Below are positions 38,411-51,192 of a stretch of 64,000 nucleotides of DNA, in pieces. Each line of letters starts with the position of its first letter. The first letter of the stretch is position 1. The translations under genes were made by a program, and so were the position numbers. The DNA is taken from positions 26,474,001-26,538,000 of the forward strand of contig NC_043004.1 in NCBI RefSeq assembly GCF_006345805.1, given 5' to 3'. The notes under the pieces were generated by a model. That model was not told where the DNA came from. It ran no database searches and was given only the letters and a program-made list of their open reading frames with translations. Origin of the DNA: Octopus sinensis (Eukaryota).

Positions 38411-38804
38411 GGCATAGCAGTGGCTGTGTGGTAAGTAGCTTGCTTACAAACCACATGGTTCCGAGTTCAGTCCCACTGTGTGGTACCTTGGGCAAGTGTC
38501 TTCTACCGTAGCCTCAGGCTGACCAAAGCCTTGTAAATGGATTTGGTAGACAGAAACTGAAAGAAGCCCCTCGTATATATGTATATATGTGTGTGTATAT
38601 GTTTGTGTGTCTGTGTTTGTTCCCCCCAACATCGCTTGACAACCGATACTGGTGTGTTTATGTCCTCGTAACTTAGTGGTTCAGCAAAAGAGACCGATAG
38701 AATAAGTACTAGGCTTACAAAGAATAAGTCCTGTGGTTGATTTGCTTGACTAAAGGTGGTGCTCCAGCATGGCTACAGTCAAATGACTGAAACAAGTAAA
38801 AGAG
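38411..38804 (+). mobile_element. Full-length SINE family A (CpG-decayed), in the phnX intron
   Basis: Family A sequence with many CG>TG/CA changes. Confidence 0.9.
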
Positions 38805-38884
38805 TTTGACCTTAATCCATGTTAGCTTCTGGTCATTTGGTATAATGATTTCAAAGGTAGTTATTATTAAATAATGGTAATATA

Positions 38885-39189
38885 TTTGTTTGTTCCTTCT
38901 CGAGCCATGCCTGGCTCATAAGGGCCAGTTTCCTGGTTTCTTGGCGTATAGGTTCCCCACCTGAACGGGACGCTGGTCCGTCACAGGTGAGCTGCAAGAT
39001 GCAGGAGAAAAGAGTGAGAGAAAGTTGTGGTGAAAGAGTCAGCAGAAGTTTGCCATTACCTTCTGCCGGAGCCGCGTGGAGCTTAGGTGTTTTCACTCAT
39101 AAACACACACATCGCCTGGTCTAAGATTCGAACCCGCGATCTCTCGACCGTGAGTCCACTGCTCTAACCACTAGGCCATGTGCCTTCAC
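38885..39189 (-). mobile_element. Full-length V-type SINE (family B), in the phnX intron
   Basis: tRNA head ggcacatggcctagtggttagagc..gggttcgaatc; V-domain-like cacctgtgacggaccagcgtcccgttcaggtgggg..gaaaccaggaaactggccc. Confidence 0.75.
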
Positions 39190-40998
39190 GGTAATATATT
39201 TCATCTCAGTGGATTATATTGACTTCAGTATGTGGTTGAATCTCTGTGGAATGTAATACAAAGTAGACTCCAGCAGGATTTGAATTCAGAATATATAAAG
39301 AGGCAACTAAATGTTATTATACATTTAGATAGTCAATCTAAGATTTCAATCATTGTGATAATAAGGATTTCTATCAGTAGCACCAATTTGTAGGAAGAGT
39401 ACTAATTAAGACATCCCTAGTACTTGCCTGCTCTAAATTTTGTTGACCACAGAAAACTGAAACATAGAGCAGCTCACCATAGCTTTATTTCAACTCAGAG
39501 TGTAGAAGATAGTAACTAAATTTGGTAAGGTACTTTTCTGTAATAATTCTAATTGCCACTGCTTTCTTTGTGGTAATTGTTCCATTTGTTGCAATTTGAA
39601 CCAGGCCTCTAGAATGAAGATTTCCATGACCTGTCCATGCATCATTACTCTCTATATGTCTCCATGATGCTGAAAAATTATTCCTAAATCTCAGTCATTT
39701 GATAGCTTTTGCTGAACTTTGAACCCATACATAACTTCTTACATTCATGCAAGTTCAGCATCAATAACAACTATTTTGTGTCTGTCATTGATTAGTTTCA
39801 GATCACTGGACAATAATTGTTCTAACATTTCAGCTTCCTGAAATAGCTGGAAACTTATTTGAATTTTTGCATGTAATGTTTGGTACACTATTTTATTGTC
39901 CATTTGTCAAACTCAAACACTTTAGGGTCCTTATGTCCAAAGCAGCTGCCAGACTATTTCAGATTTGACATCATTGGCTGGAACTTGCCCATAGAAATAG
40001 CATATGGCAACCTACTTTATAACAATTCAGACAGGACTTGTAGTGCGTAACTGTTGTCTTGCACGTGTTTTTATTCTATAATGGCGGAGTACCTTCTCCA
40101 TGGTGAGAAAAGAATGAGTGATAGGAAGGAAACAAAGAAGAATCTGAGTAAATCTTGATGCAAGGGAAAACCAGAACAGAAGAAAATGCAGGTATTATAA
40201 CTGGTCTACTTTGGTTGTAGAAGTTGTCAGAAAAATTGCCAAGTATCCATACTTGTTATGGGGATCCAAGCTGATGTTTCTGTCAAGGTTTGGCTTTATG
40301 CTATCTCATAGTCTTTATAACAACCAGCCTTGCTGAATCCTACAAAATATCACAACATGGAAGTTGATTTGCCTACTCATTAGCTATTTATGTGTAACAA
40401 TCTCACACATGAGTGTTGTAGTTATTAATGGCAATAATCATTGCAAAGATCACCTTATGATATAACTGGTATTTGTATTTGTTTGTTCTTGAAGTATGGA
40501 ATACAAAATTTATCATGAACAGGTTTGAGATGAAAATATTATTGAAAGGATTAAAATTAAACTAAATATTTTAGTTTAATTCTTTTAATATTTAGTAAGA
40601 CATTAAGAGTGGGCACAACGGACACTCATTATTATAGGTGATTACAATAATGATGGTGATTATACTAATAATAGTAATTATAGTGATGTTGGTGGTAAAT
40701 ATGGCAATGGTAGAGATTCTTGTGATAATATCCAAATAAATAATGGCAACATTGATAAGGATTATTTTGGTAGTAATTATAATACTGAAAATGGTGTTGT
40801 TGGTGGTGTTGATGGTGGAAATGTTATGGGAACAATAATAATTATAATGATCGAGATAATGTTGATAATGTGACTTGATGATAGTTGGAATGATGGAGAT
40901 TATGTTGATGATGTAGATGATAATGTTTATGATAATGTTTAAGATTATAATAATGTTGATAATAACCCATATCAATTAGTAATTTCTTTCTTGCACAG

Positions 40999-41498
40999 GA
41001 ACTGCAGAGACAATGCAAAAACTTCGGAAAGACTTCAATATTAAGATTGGTAGTACGACTGGTTATGTACGTTCTATGGTGGATGTTGTTTTGGCAGATG
41101 TAGCAAAACAAGGTTTCACACCAGATGTTACAGTGGCTGGCGATGAAGTGATCAATGGATGCCGTCCCAAACCATTTATGATTTATCGTAATATGGATCT
41201 TTTAGATATTCATCCTATTGAATCTGTGATAAAAGTTGATGATACAGCTTCAGGTGTTGTTGAAGCACTTGAGGCTGGTTGTTGGGGTATTGGTGTGAGC
41301 AAATACAGTAACTATATGAACATTGACAGTCTTGAACAAGAGGCAGAACTCACTGAAGAGGCTCTTGAACAGCGTTTGGAACATTCACGAACTATCCTAC
41401 GTAACAGTGGGGCACACTATGTTATAGATTCTGTTGCAGATTTACCAAAAGTAGTTGATGATATTAATAGAAGACTAAGTCTGGGAGAAAAACCTTGA
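40999..41498 (+). CDS. phnX: Phosphonoacetaldehyde hydrolase (phosphonatase), coding exon 2
   Basis: Acceptor tttctttcttgcacAG (AG 40997-40998). G+GA restores Gly and the frame continues TAETMQKLRKDFNIKIGSTTGY...RPKPFM...IKVDDT...GAHYVIDS...LGEKP* (HAD motifs II-IV as in PhnX). Spliced CDS is 343+500=843 nt, i.e. 280 aa plus stop, with no disruptions. Confidence 0.93.
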
Positions 41499-41750
41499 CC
41501 TCTTATTGACTTTACTAACACAGAATGGTTTTGTTTTATGGTCTTTCATTTTATATCATCACTATATTCTTGTTCTGACAAACAGGATAAAAAAGATGAT
41601 TTGGGGTTTGTTTTTTCAAAAAGAATTTGTTTTCCATTTATTCTTTAATGAAGAAAAGGAAGAATGAAAAACTTTAGTTTTGTTTCTTAATCTCAGGAAT
41701 ATGTTTGACTCCAAAGAGTTGGAAGCATTTTTTACAAAAATTGATTTTCA

Positions 41751-41756
41751 AATAAA
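41751..41756 (+). promoter_or_regulatory. Candidate polyadenylation signal for phnX
   Basis: AATAAA about 250 nt after the stop, followed by T/GT-rich sequence; an alternative AATAAA lies at 42136-42141. Confidence 0.45.
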
Positions 41757-42907
41757 ATCAAACTTTATCTTTGTTGGTGAGTATCTCATTTAAACAAAAC
41801 TAATCTAAATTTAGATGAAACAAGTGTTTGCTCACACTTGTCATTATTCTCGATGGCGAGTTTTAACAAATTAACAAAAGTAAAATGAAATGCTTAAAAA
41901 ACGATTTAATGCTGTGCATGTATGTCTGTGCCTTTTTGCTTATGCATATCAGTAAAGGGTAAAAAAAAAAAATAATAGGTGCCTTATAAAGAGTTTCTTG
42001 AGATATTTTTTACTGTATGAACATTTCCTTATCAGCATTGCTATCATAAATATCAGTGAACCAGTGACTGGTATGTTAGAAACATATAACTAACATCTTT
42101 ATCATTCAGTAATTGCTATCTAAAACAAATATACAAATAAATATGCCTGATGATATAGGGTTGTCACTACGGCAATGACAATAAAATCTCAAGGAGGCCA
42201 GTAATGGTAGGTTAGAGGTTTACTTTATTTTGTTAGCTGTCAGTGATTAAGCTACTCAAGTTGGAAACTGTAATTGCACGAGGGTGAAAGGGTGAGAAGG
42301 TGAAACCCAAGTTCCACATAAGCAACTAATTGATTGAGGGTACATTAAGCGGGTATGTGCAAAGCTTTGTTAAACGGGAAAAAGCAAATATAATACAAAT
42401 TAAAACACAGGCCACATTTGTTACCTATATATATATGTCACTTCATATATAATACTCTTGGTTGGTGTCAGGGCATACAATGAAACAATATGAATGAGGG
42501 AACCCTTGCCATTGTCACAGTAACTTTCTAGGAGAGGGACACTGATACAAATTCTGTAGTTTCACATGCTTACCAGTCATCTCACTTTGGCCTGTCACTA
42601 GGTAATACTCATGGACACTCAGTAAGTGGTACTCAAGTTGTACTTGCATTCGCAATCCAATGACATGCAGATGTCTCTTTATGGTAACCTCATTTGTCGT
42701 TTTATCTACTAAAAGTCCTATGGTGATAGAAGAGTGGTGGCCTATGCAGACTTAACCAGTTGGAAGTACCACAGTAAATAACAACTTCTGTCTGTCACCT
42801 TTGATTCAAACCATGCAGATTTGCAACAGGGTGACAATGAGGAAGGACAAGGAGACAGAAACCATCTGTGAAGATGGAACAATCACCATGAATGTATATG
42901 TTTATAT

Positions 42908-43268
42908 GTATAAGAGAACCATCCGAACGTGGCCGTAGCCAGCACCGCATCGACTGGCCTCCGTGCTGGTGGCATGTAACAAACACCATCTGATCGTGGC
43001 CGTGCCAGCCTCGCCTGGCCTCCGTGCCGGTGGCACGTTAAAAGCACCATCCGAGCGTGGCCGTTCGCCAGCCTCGTCTGGCACCTGTGTTGGTGGCACA
43101 TAAAAAGCACCCACTACACTCACGGAGTGGTTGGCGTTAGGAAGGGCATCCAGCTGTAGAAACACCACCAGATCTGACTGGCCTGGTGCAGCCTTCGGGC
43201 TTCCCAGACCCCAGTTGAACCGTCCAACCCATGCTAGCATGGAAAGCGGACGTTAAACGATGATGATG
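42908..43268 (+). mobile_element. RTE-related SINE (same family as 32685), with fewer tandem units
   Basis: Identical 3' module ending ggacgttaaacgatgatgatg. Confidence 0.8.
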
Positions 43269-45091
43269 TATGTATGCATGCATGCATATGTGTGTGTGAG
43301 TAGTGAATGAGGGAAACTTGGTCTGCAATATCTGCAGATGTGTCTGTTTGTCAAGAGCTGAGCTCATTTGTCATCAGCAGAGCCACACATATAAAGTATA
43401 AATTTGAGTGCATAATGTTCTTAATGGTCAATGATGGGCTTCTTTGATTACTAGGGGACAGCCATCATCACATCATCAGTGTGGCAGCTAGATTTGGTTT
43501 GTTCTAGTGTAGCAAATATTGTTACTACTGCTGTCCAATATTATCATCTGCCAGCATTTCAAAAATTAAAGTTTACCAAAAATTTTAAAATTTGGCACAG
43601 TAATACGCTTGCCCAAACTGAATTGCTGGAGTTATTTCATTTTTTCCAGAAAAATGTTTTTAAAAAGTTATTGAGGTTTAAAGTTTGATCATTTTCTTCC
43701 TGTAGCAGGATGAGTAGCAAAGGATGTTGTTGAGGTAGCAGATGAAATAGGCATGTGGATGACATCAAAGTAAAACTGGGACAGCATCGGATTGTGGTTT
43801 AAATAATTTATTTAATCGACACTTGCATCTACGTGTTGTATACACAAGGAAATCCACTATATGACATTACCAACTTGCTTCGAGTTGGCGAAGTAAAAAA
43901 TAAACAGGAGAAATACTGTGTCAATGTGATGAGGTAGAACCGGGTCTGTTTTGTGTCTGTGTGTGCGTTGGTCATTCAGTTGTGTCTATTTATGTTCTGC
44001 TACTGTGTTTGGTCATTCATGCTGAATATGTGGTTCTGTGTTGGCTGCTTGACTGGTGCAAGTTAACTGCTGCCTGTCGACCATTTGCCTCTTGCTGGCT
44101 GTCTCTTGTCTCTTGACTGTTTGCCTGTTGATGGCTATCTCTGATTATCTGTCATGTCTGTGATTATATTTATAATGGTCATCCCGGCTAGAAGGAATGA
44201 CATAGTACGGGAGAATTTTCTACCTATGTAGGTCGCCTCCTGTCCACGTCAACCTTTAATGACACAGCTCAGATCGGTGGTCGGAGAGAAATCTATCCAT
44301 CATTTTTTGACAGGACATAGAATTTTTTCACGCTCCTGTTTGACCAGTGGTGGATCAGACGAGCGAGAATCTCTAGATCCGTTTTCTAATCTCAGCTCGG
44401 AAAGAGGAAGTGTTAGTTTTTACACTACTCACCTTCTAGTGAGGAAGCCTCAGAGATTGAACGATACAGATGCGTGTGATATTGAAAATGTGTGATTTTG
44501 TGTGTAATGCAGAAAAATGGGTACAGTGTCATTTACAAATGAATACATGTCAAAAATATATGAAACGAAAGAAATGAAAAAAAAAATGTAGAGCAAAAAA
44601 ATTAACGTTCAGTGTTGGTGTATGCAAAATATGTTAGGCAATATGTATATGCCTAGGCAGAAGCATAAATGTAATATGCTGTTTGTTGAAAGAGATTGGC
44701 AACTCTATTGATTACATGACCCATTAAAGGTCTAATAGAGGTAAGTTGTCTTTCAGTGGCGCGGAGAGCAAGTGATAGCACACATGAAAATATGAGTTGT
44801 GCAGGTGTGTGTAAGCATACAGGTGTGATATAGAGAGCAAAATATTTTCAAAACAAAGCAAAACATATGTACAGAGAAATGAAAATGTTTATGCAAAAAG
44901 TTCGTTGGTTAAATGTTCAGTCAGTTCAACTAGCAGAACAATGTTCATAAAAAAAAAATGTTTTTCGCTGATATAGACAAATGTTTTTTTATACAAAATT
45001 TTCTTTGCTTTGTTTTGATTTGTATGTAGGTGATGCAGAGTCACTTTGGTTATGTATGTGTAAACTGTTCATAGCCATAAAAAAATTGTTT

Positions 45092-46230
45092 TTATTTGTT
45101 GATGTGGACATTGTGGACATTTCCATTGAAATGATGGGTTGGTGAAGAGTTTGTACTTACTCGGAAGACTTGAACAAATCTTGCGGGCCATCGAACTGTT
45201 CTCCCCGATTTGGTGTGCCGGGGTTGTGCAGAATGTAAGGTGTTTGCGATGGGTGTAACTGAAGTTGTCGAGTCCGTTTGAGGAAGGGCGGGAACAGTCC
45301 TCTTCGACGAATGCTTTTTTTTAAGCGATCGACTGAGACAGTATTTCGTTTTCCTCCAAAATCGAGAACGAAATACTTTGTTTTTTTTTTTTATTACTTT
45401 GTAGGGCCCGGAATATGGTGGCCGAAGTTGAGAAAGTATTCCATCATTTTTAACAAAAACATACGTCCAAGTATTAATGTCCTTTCGGACATGTGAAGCG
45501 ACGTTCTGTTGTCTGGGGCCTGCAGGGGACAAATGTAACATAGATGTCCGTAAGCGGCGGACATATTTTTGCTGGGTCCGGAAAGTCTCATGATGAAACA
45601 GGGTCGATCACTTGTTCAGGTAAGGCAAGTGCTGTGCCATAAACCAGTTCAGCCGGAGTATGTCCAACTCTCTCCTTAACCGTGGATTGAATACCAAGGA
45701 GGATGAGTGGAAGATATTCCAACCAGTTGGAGCAGTCCGGATAAGCTTTTATAGCCGCCTTGAGTCGGCTGTGAAAGCATTTGACCATGCCATTTGCTGC
45801 GGGGTTAAACGCTGTTGTGCGAGTGTGTTTACACTCGAGGAGACGAGTCAGCTCGGTGAAAAGGTGAGAATCAAACTGATATCCTATTTCGTTGGTGATC
45901 GTCACGAAACGAAACACTAGCATTTTGGCGACAGTTTCCGTGGAAGTGTTCGATAGGAGAAAAGCTTCCAGCCAGCGAGAAAATCTGTCAACATAAGTGA
46001 GCAGGTGAGTGCAGTTGTTAAAAGGAGGCAAGGATCCAACGATGTCAACATGCACGTGTTGAAAACGTGCATCTGGAGTTGCAAATGAACCGATGAGAGA
46101 TTAAATGTGTCGGTGGACCTTTGCTTTTTGGTACGCGACGCAGATCCTAGCCCAATCACGAGTGACCTTGTTGATGTTGGGCCACACGAAACGGGTCGAT
46201 ATCAGCTAGGATGTGCTAGGGAATGCAAAG
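45092..46230 (-). mobile_element. Ty3/gypsy LTR-retrotransposon integrase, decayed
   Basis: RFVWPNINK..DWAR.C..QKAK, HVDIVGSLPP..VDRFSRWLEA, TTAFNPAANGMV..FHSRLK, GPY/F module LRPPYSGPYKVI. Confidence 0.85.
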
Positions 46231-46447
46231 CAGAGAAAAAGGCATGTCTGTGCTTCTGCGGTACGTAGAGAAAGCACAAGAATAAAATAATTTAAAATTA
46301 TAGTAACAAGTTCAACAATACCAGCAGTAGTAACAATATAATCCAGTGGTAAATCCAACGATAATTTCAGCACCAAGTACAAACAACGACCATAGTCTAT
46401 AACCGGAAGCAAGCTTCTTACCATACAGACATGCATACATATATATA

Positions 46448-46802
46448 TATTTCTTTACTGCCCACAAGGAGCTAAACATAGATGGGATAAACAAGGACAG
46501 ACAAAGGGATTAAGTTGATTACATCGACCCCAGTACGAAACTGGTACTTTATTTATCGACCCCGAAAGGATGAAAGGCAAAGTCGACCTCGGCGGAATTT
46601 GAACTCAGAATGCAGCGACAGATGAAATACCTATTTCTTTATTACCCACAAGGGGCTAAACATAGATGGGACAAACAAGGACAGACAAAGGGATTAAGTC
46701 GATTACATCGACCCCAGTACGAAACTGGTAATTTATTTATCGACCCCGAAAGAATGAAAGGCAAAGTCGATCTCGGCGGAATTTGAACTCAGAACGTAGC
46801 CG
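46448..46802 (-). mobile_element. Tandem dimer (~185 nt) of a Meta-domain-like SINE
   Basis: Two consecutive copies of ..tggtac.ttatttatcgaccccgaaag.atgaaaggcaaagtcga.ctcggcggaatttgaactcagaa; the minus strand reads gcctttcatcctttcggggtcgataaa..gtacca. Related pieces at ~53870-53915 and ~59480-59620. Confidence 0.7.
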
Positions 46803-47348
46803 CAACTTTGAACCAGAGACAAAGGGACAATGCATGCAGTGGAAACATCCCTCGTCACTTGCTTCAAAGAACGCCAAGGGTCGTTTCGTCTGCGGGGAAA
46901 GTGATGAACTCCATTTTTCGGGATGCAAGAGGCATTGTGTTTATTGCTTATCTTCAAAAGGACCACATCAACAATGCAGAGTACTGTGCCAACTCGCTGA
47001 GGCATTTACAAAAAGCTATCAAGAACAAATACCTCGGAAAACTGACGAAAGGGATCTTGTTTCACGAGGACAATGCTCCAGCGCACAAGAACTTGCTTTC
47101 AATGGCTACTGTGCACGACTGTGGCACTGAACTGGTTGATCAGCCTCCCTATTCTTCTGATTTGGCCCCATCTGAAAAACACTTCACTGGGAACCAATAT
47201 CGCAGTGATGATGATGTCATATCTACTGTTGATGTCTTTTCTGACGAAGATGAAAGATTGGGGCACGTGTTGAAAACTAAACCTCATTTGGTTACATTCC
47301 ACGAGAGTATCTTAATCGGCCTATGAACTTTTCAGCTGACCCCCCATA
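46803..47348 (+). mobile_element. mariner transposase fragment with 3' terminus
   Basis: SAGKVMNSIFRDARGIV..ILFHEDNAPAH..QPPYSSDLAPS. Confidence 0.85.
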
Positions 47349-48339
47349 AATACGTTATAATCCTGAGTGACAAGTTCACAGGGGAAACTAGAAGCCACTT
47401 TCGTCCTTGCTGGAAACAGCTGACACTTGTTCATAAAAACGGATAGGCACGTTTGGCATGCTATTAATTATAGGCCTTCCCAGCAAGAGTTGTCTTGTGC
47501 TAAACAACAGCAACAACAAATACGAAATGTTAGAACTAAGAAATTTTATTTCTTTCATATTAGTGAAGGAAAATTAAAAACTGAGTTTACGGTCCAGGTT
47601 CGGACGGCTGTGATACCGTCATCAATTAAAAGAACAATTAGCGATTTAGTTTTCTGATAAGTTACAAATGTAGAGCTGTTTAAAAATAGTTTGTTAGTCT
47701 CTGGCATATTGACTTCCAGTTTTAGGCCTTTAAGAGTAATCTCCCCTGACAAAAGAAATGAACTTATTTAGAAAGTAGCTTCCCATGAGGCAAGTTCTCT
47801 CCCTTGATTAATGGTTGAAATTGAAGTTGTGTTGACAAAGTTCCTTGATAGAATAGAGAACCGTTGTTCAAAATCAAAAGGTTTTGAGTGTCTAATCCTA
47901 AAAATGAAAAGTATTAGTTTATGCTGTTTTGTAAACAGAAAGTCATATGTTTGAAGGAAGCTGGTTATAATCCGTTTCTTTTTTTTTGACATCCGATTTC
48001 GTATGGTACGTATTACCAGAGGCAACAAATTTCAACTTTTCTTTTTGTTACCGAGACGTTAACTGCTGGTTCCTACCAAATTTCTGATACTAATTTCAGA
48101 TCTGATATCTAAATTTCAAATTTCTTGGTTAATATTAAGTATAACACCCAGCCTCAGATAGTAAAAAGACTTTTTAAAATATATTTTAGGTAATTAATTT
48201 ATGCAGGAATACCGAAAATCTTTTTTGCGATCTTGTATTTGACAAAAAATAAAATCCCCCCCCCTTTTTTTTGTTTTAACGTACTGATATTGCGGTTGCT
48301 TGACCAATAGACATGCTCAAATAGTTTAACTCCTTTAAG

Positions 48340-48700
48340 TTGTTTTTTATCTTCAAGACGTGTTACAACAGGAGGGTCTCTTGTACCTCCTGTGATTTGA
48401 CCCTTTACAGTGCTACTCTCCGTTCTCATGAAAATGACACTGCAGCTATTGAGTTTTTTCGCCAACACAGAGTTGTTCCTACTACTGTACATTGCCCATC
48501 ATGCAATTCAGCTTGCTTCTTTCGCGATGGGACAAACATATTCCGCTGCAGAAACGCTTTTCGCCTTTGCCGACATGTTGGAACTGATTGCGGATATTCC
48601 GTGTCTCTGTTTAAAAACACTTTCTTGGAGCGCACTCATCTACCTGCCAAACGACTGCACTAATTTCTATTGGAGGCTGCAACACTTTACCCAAGTCCAG
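48340..48700 (+). mobile_element. Merlin/IS1016-like transposase N-terminal Zn-ribbon fragment
   Basis: AAIEFFRQHRVVP..HCPSC...FRC....C...VSLFKNTFLE..HL matches the Merlin N-terminal pattern; no DDE domain is visible. Confidence 0.6.
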
Positions 48701-50682
48701 GATGATATTTCCTCTGACGAATAATCGGTTCGTTGTGGTAAATTTTGGTTTTCATATTCGTTTAATATACATTTTTAAAAACCCAATTAGACTTATTTTT
48801 TTGTTCGTTTAGGTGGCCGAATATTATACGTAATTCTAACGAATTTCTCTACCACATCCAGATTTTGTGTAATCGAAAACACTTTTTTCATTTATCGCGT
48901 TTTATGTTAAGCATACTTAGATAATTAGTGAACTGGAATGTCTTTACTCCTTTATTCTGGCTTAAAACAGACAACGGAATTCTGATGGTGGAGTTACCAT
49001 CCTTGCATTCAACCAAAGCGCCTTAATATTTTGTTGTTACTACCGACAGGCAACGTCCTGTTATTAAGTGAAACGTAGGTGTTTCCTCTTCCTTTGTTGC
49101 TTGTAGGATGACGAGTTCTCTTGTAGGAACCAACAATAATCTCCTGTGATATTTGGGCTAAAATTACCCTGGTATCTGTTTTCTACAACTGAGATCTGTT
49201 GGTGGAAGCGCTCACCGTGCTTGTCACTCACAGCCTCAAGGATGGCCTTGAAGAATTCAAGATGAGATGCATCTTCAAAGACATTCTGCATCCCACTTTT
49301 CATAAGATTTAAGCAAGTTTTCTTCGAGTTCATGGTGGCTTTTAACTTTGTGGTTTCCAAGAAAAGTTTTGACTGCAAAAATGTCTATGACTCTAGTTCG
49401 TTCTCATTTAGATTAGATGGAGACAATGCGTCGTGGATGACACTGTGAAAACGCCAGCTTCTAGCTTAGCATCTGTCAATATTTCTTTGAATTTATCTTT
49501 TAGATATTGGAAACCACCACTTTGATGATCCACACCCTTCACGAAAGTTTTCGTAAGGCCAAGTTTAATGAGAAGTGTTGGAAGATGTACTTTCTGAGGG
49601 TCCAGAAGTGCTGGGTGTTTCACACTATCTTTACCATGTTCAGTTCTAGACGGCCAAGCATGTTTTTAGCTGTGGTTCTTGTCATCTCTGCTGTTCTATA
49701 GATACAAAAGCACATATGTTTTGAGTAGCTCAGCTGCAACCCAAGAAGTAATGATACAAGTTTAAGGTTGCCACAGATATTACATATGTAGTCCTTATAT
49801 TTGATGAGCTTTAGTAGCAGTTCCATTGATTCATAAGTCTCATTAAGGCCAGTGGCATGTGCTGCAGTTATTGAAGGTTTTTCATTGCCGTTGTGCAGTA
49901 ATACATCTTTAAGGCTAGTTTTATGAGAGTCATGGCTCATAGCAGAAGCCAGTCCTTTCCACTAGGCTACTGATATCGTGGCAGAAACAAAAGTTTTCTT
50001 CCTGTAAGTCAAATGACGAAAACTGCAAATGGCGATGGCGGAAATGGGGAACTTTGGTGTGTGGCTGAAGAAAATTCCAATCGTGAAGTTTGGAATCAAG
50101 CAACTCTGCCTTTTCTTTTGGTAACTCCAAATCGTGTACTAAGTCACCTAACATCTGCTTGACTTAACAAAAGTGGGGAATTAGTTGCATCTGGAACGCC
50201 ATCTTTCCTTATTTCTATATCACTAGCAGAATTATCAGATGAACTGCTACCTATTGTCGTTACTGGGGGAACTGGTGGTGGATTTGTTTCATCATGTGGT
50301 ACTGGTTACATTGCTGGTTCGTAGTTTGGGTACATGATTTTTGATTCGTTTTTCTTTGGGAAACAAGCAGTCTTTGTTAAATAAAAATAATCATTGGAAT
50401 GATTTTTCGGCTCACACTAAACACGGAGACTGAGAACGGTCTGGCTTTTCTTTTGTCATTCATTCAAGCGATTAACATTACGTTATATTGTGCATAGTAA
50501 ATATATGGTGCCCAGTCCCTCTCTTGCTCTCCGAACTTACAGTCAACATAATACTTGTAGGCAAGTTTAATCATTGTTGTTATGTTTCTGCGTTGTGGCT
50601 TAGGTGTATATTGTCCACAGATATAGCAGAAGTTGTCTGGGTGATTTACATAAGCACAGGAGTTGTCTGGGTGATTTACATA

Positions 50683-51192
50683 GGCGCAGGAGTGGCTGTG
50701 TGGTAAGTAGCTTGCTAACCAACCACATGGTTCCGGGTTCAGTCCCACTGCGTGGCATCTTGGGCAAGTGTCTTCTACTATAGCCTCGGGTCGACCAAAG
50801 CCTTGTGAGTGGATTTGGTAGATGGAAACTGAAAGAAGCCCGTCGTATATATGTATATGTGTGTATATATGTGCGTGTTTGTGTGTCTGTGTTTGTCCCC
50901 CACCCCCCGAACATCACCTGACAACCAATGAAAGAAGCCTGTCGTATATATGTATATATATATATGTGTGTGTGTGTATGTGTGTCTGTGTTTGTCCCCC
51001 TAGCATTGCTTGACAACCGATGCTGGTGTGTTTAAGTCCCCGTCACTTAGCGGTTCGGCAAAAGAGACCGATAGAATAAGTACTGGGCTTACAAAGAATA
51101 AGTCCCGGGGTCGATTTGCTCGACTAAAGGCGGTGCTCCAGCATGGCCGCAGTCAAATGACTGAAACAAGTAAAAGAGAAAAAGAGTAAGAG
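50683..51192 (+). mobile_element. Full-length SINE family A with internal duplication, interrupting the Chapaev3 transposase
   Basis: Family A sequence; the tgaaagaagcc.gtcgtatatatg...tttgtcccc block is duplicated; host TAAGCAC is repeated on both sides. Confidence 0.9.

Larger units (their letters stand above)
37890..40998 (+). other. 3109-nt GT-AG spliceosomal intron of phnX (phase 1), containing several SINEs
   Basis: Canonical GTAAGT donor and polypyrimidine+CAG acceptor join the two halves of PhnX in frame. Confidence 0.9.

Noticed and set aside
40592-40975. Ile/Thr-rich 127-aa ORF antisense in the phnX intron
   Set aside because: Degenerate trinucleotide low-complexity DNA.
37547-41498. 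Bacterial contamination or an operon as the source of phnX
   Set aside because: Spliceosomal intron containing animal SINEs; no neighbouring phnW or transporter genes.
43790-45050. Possible LTR of the gypsy element
   Set aside because: No second copy, and no convincing PPT or TG..CA boundaries could be fixed by eye.
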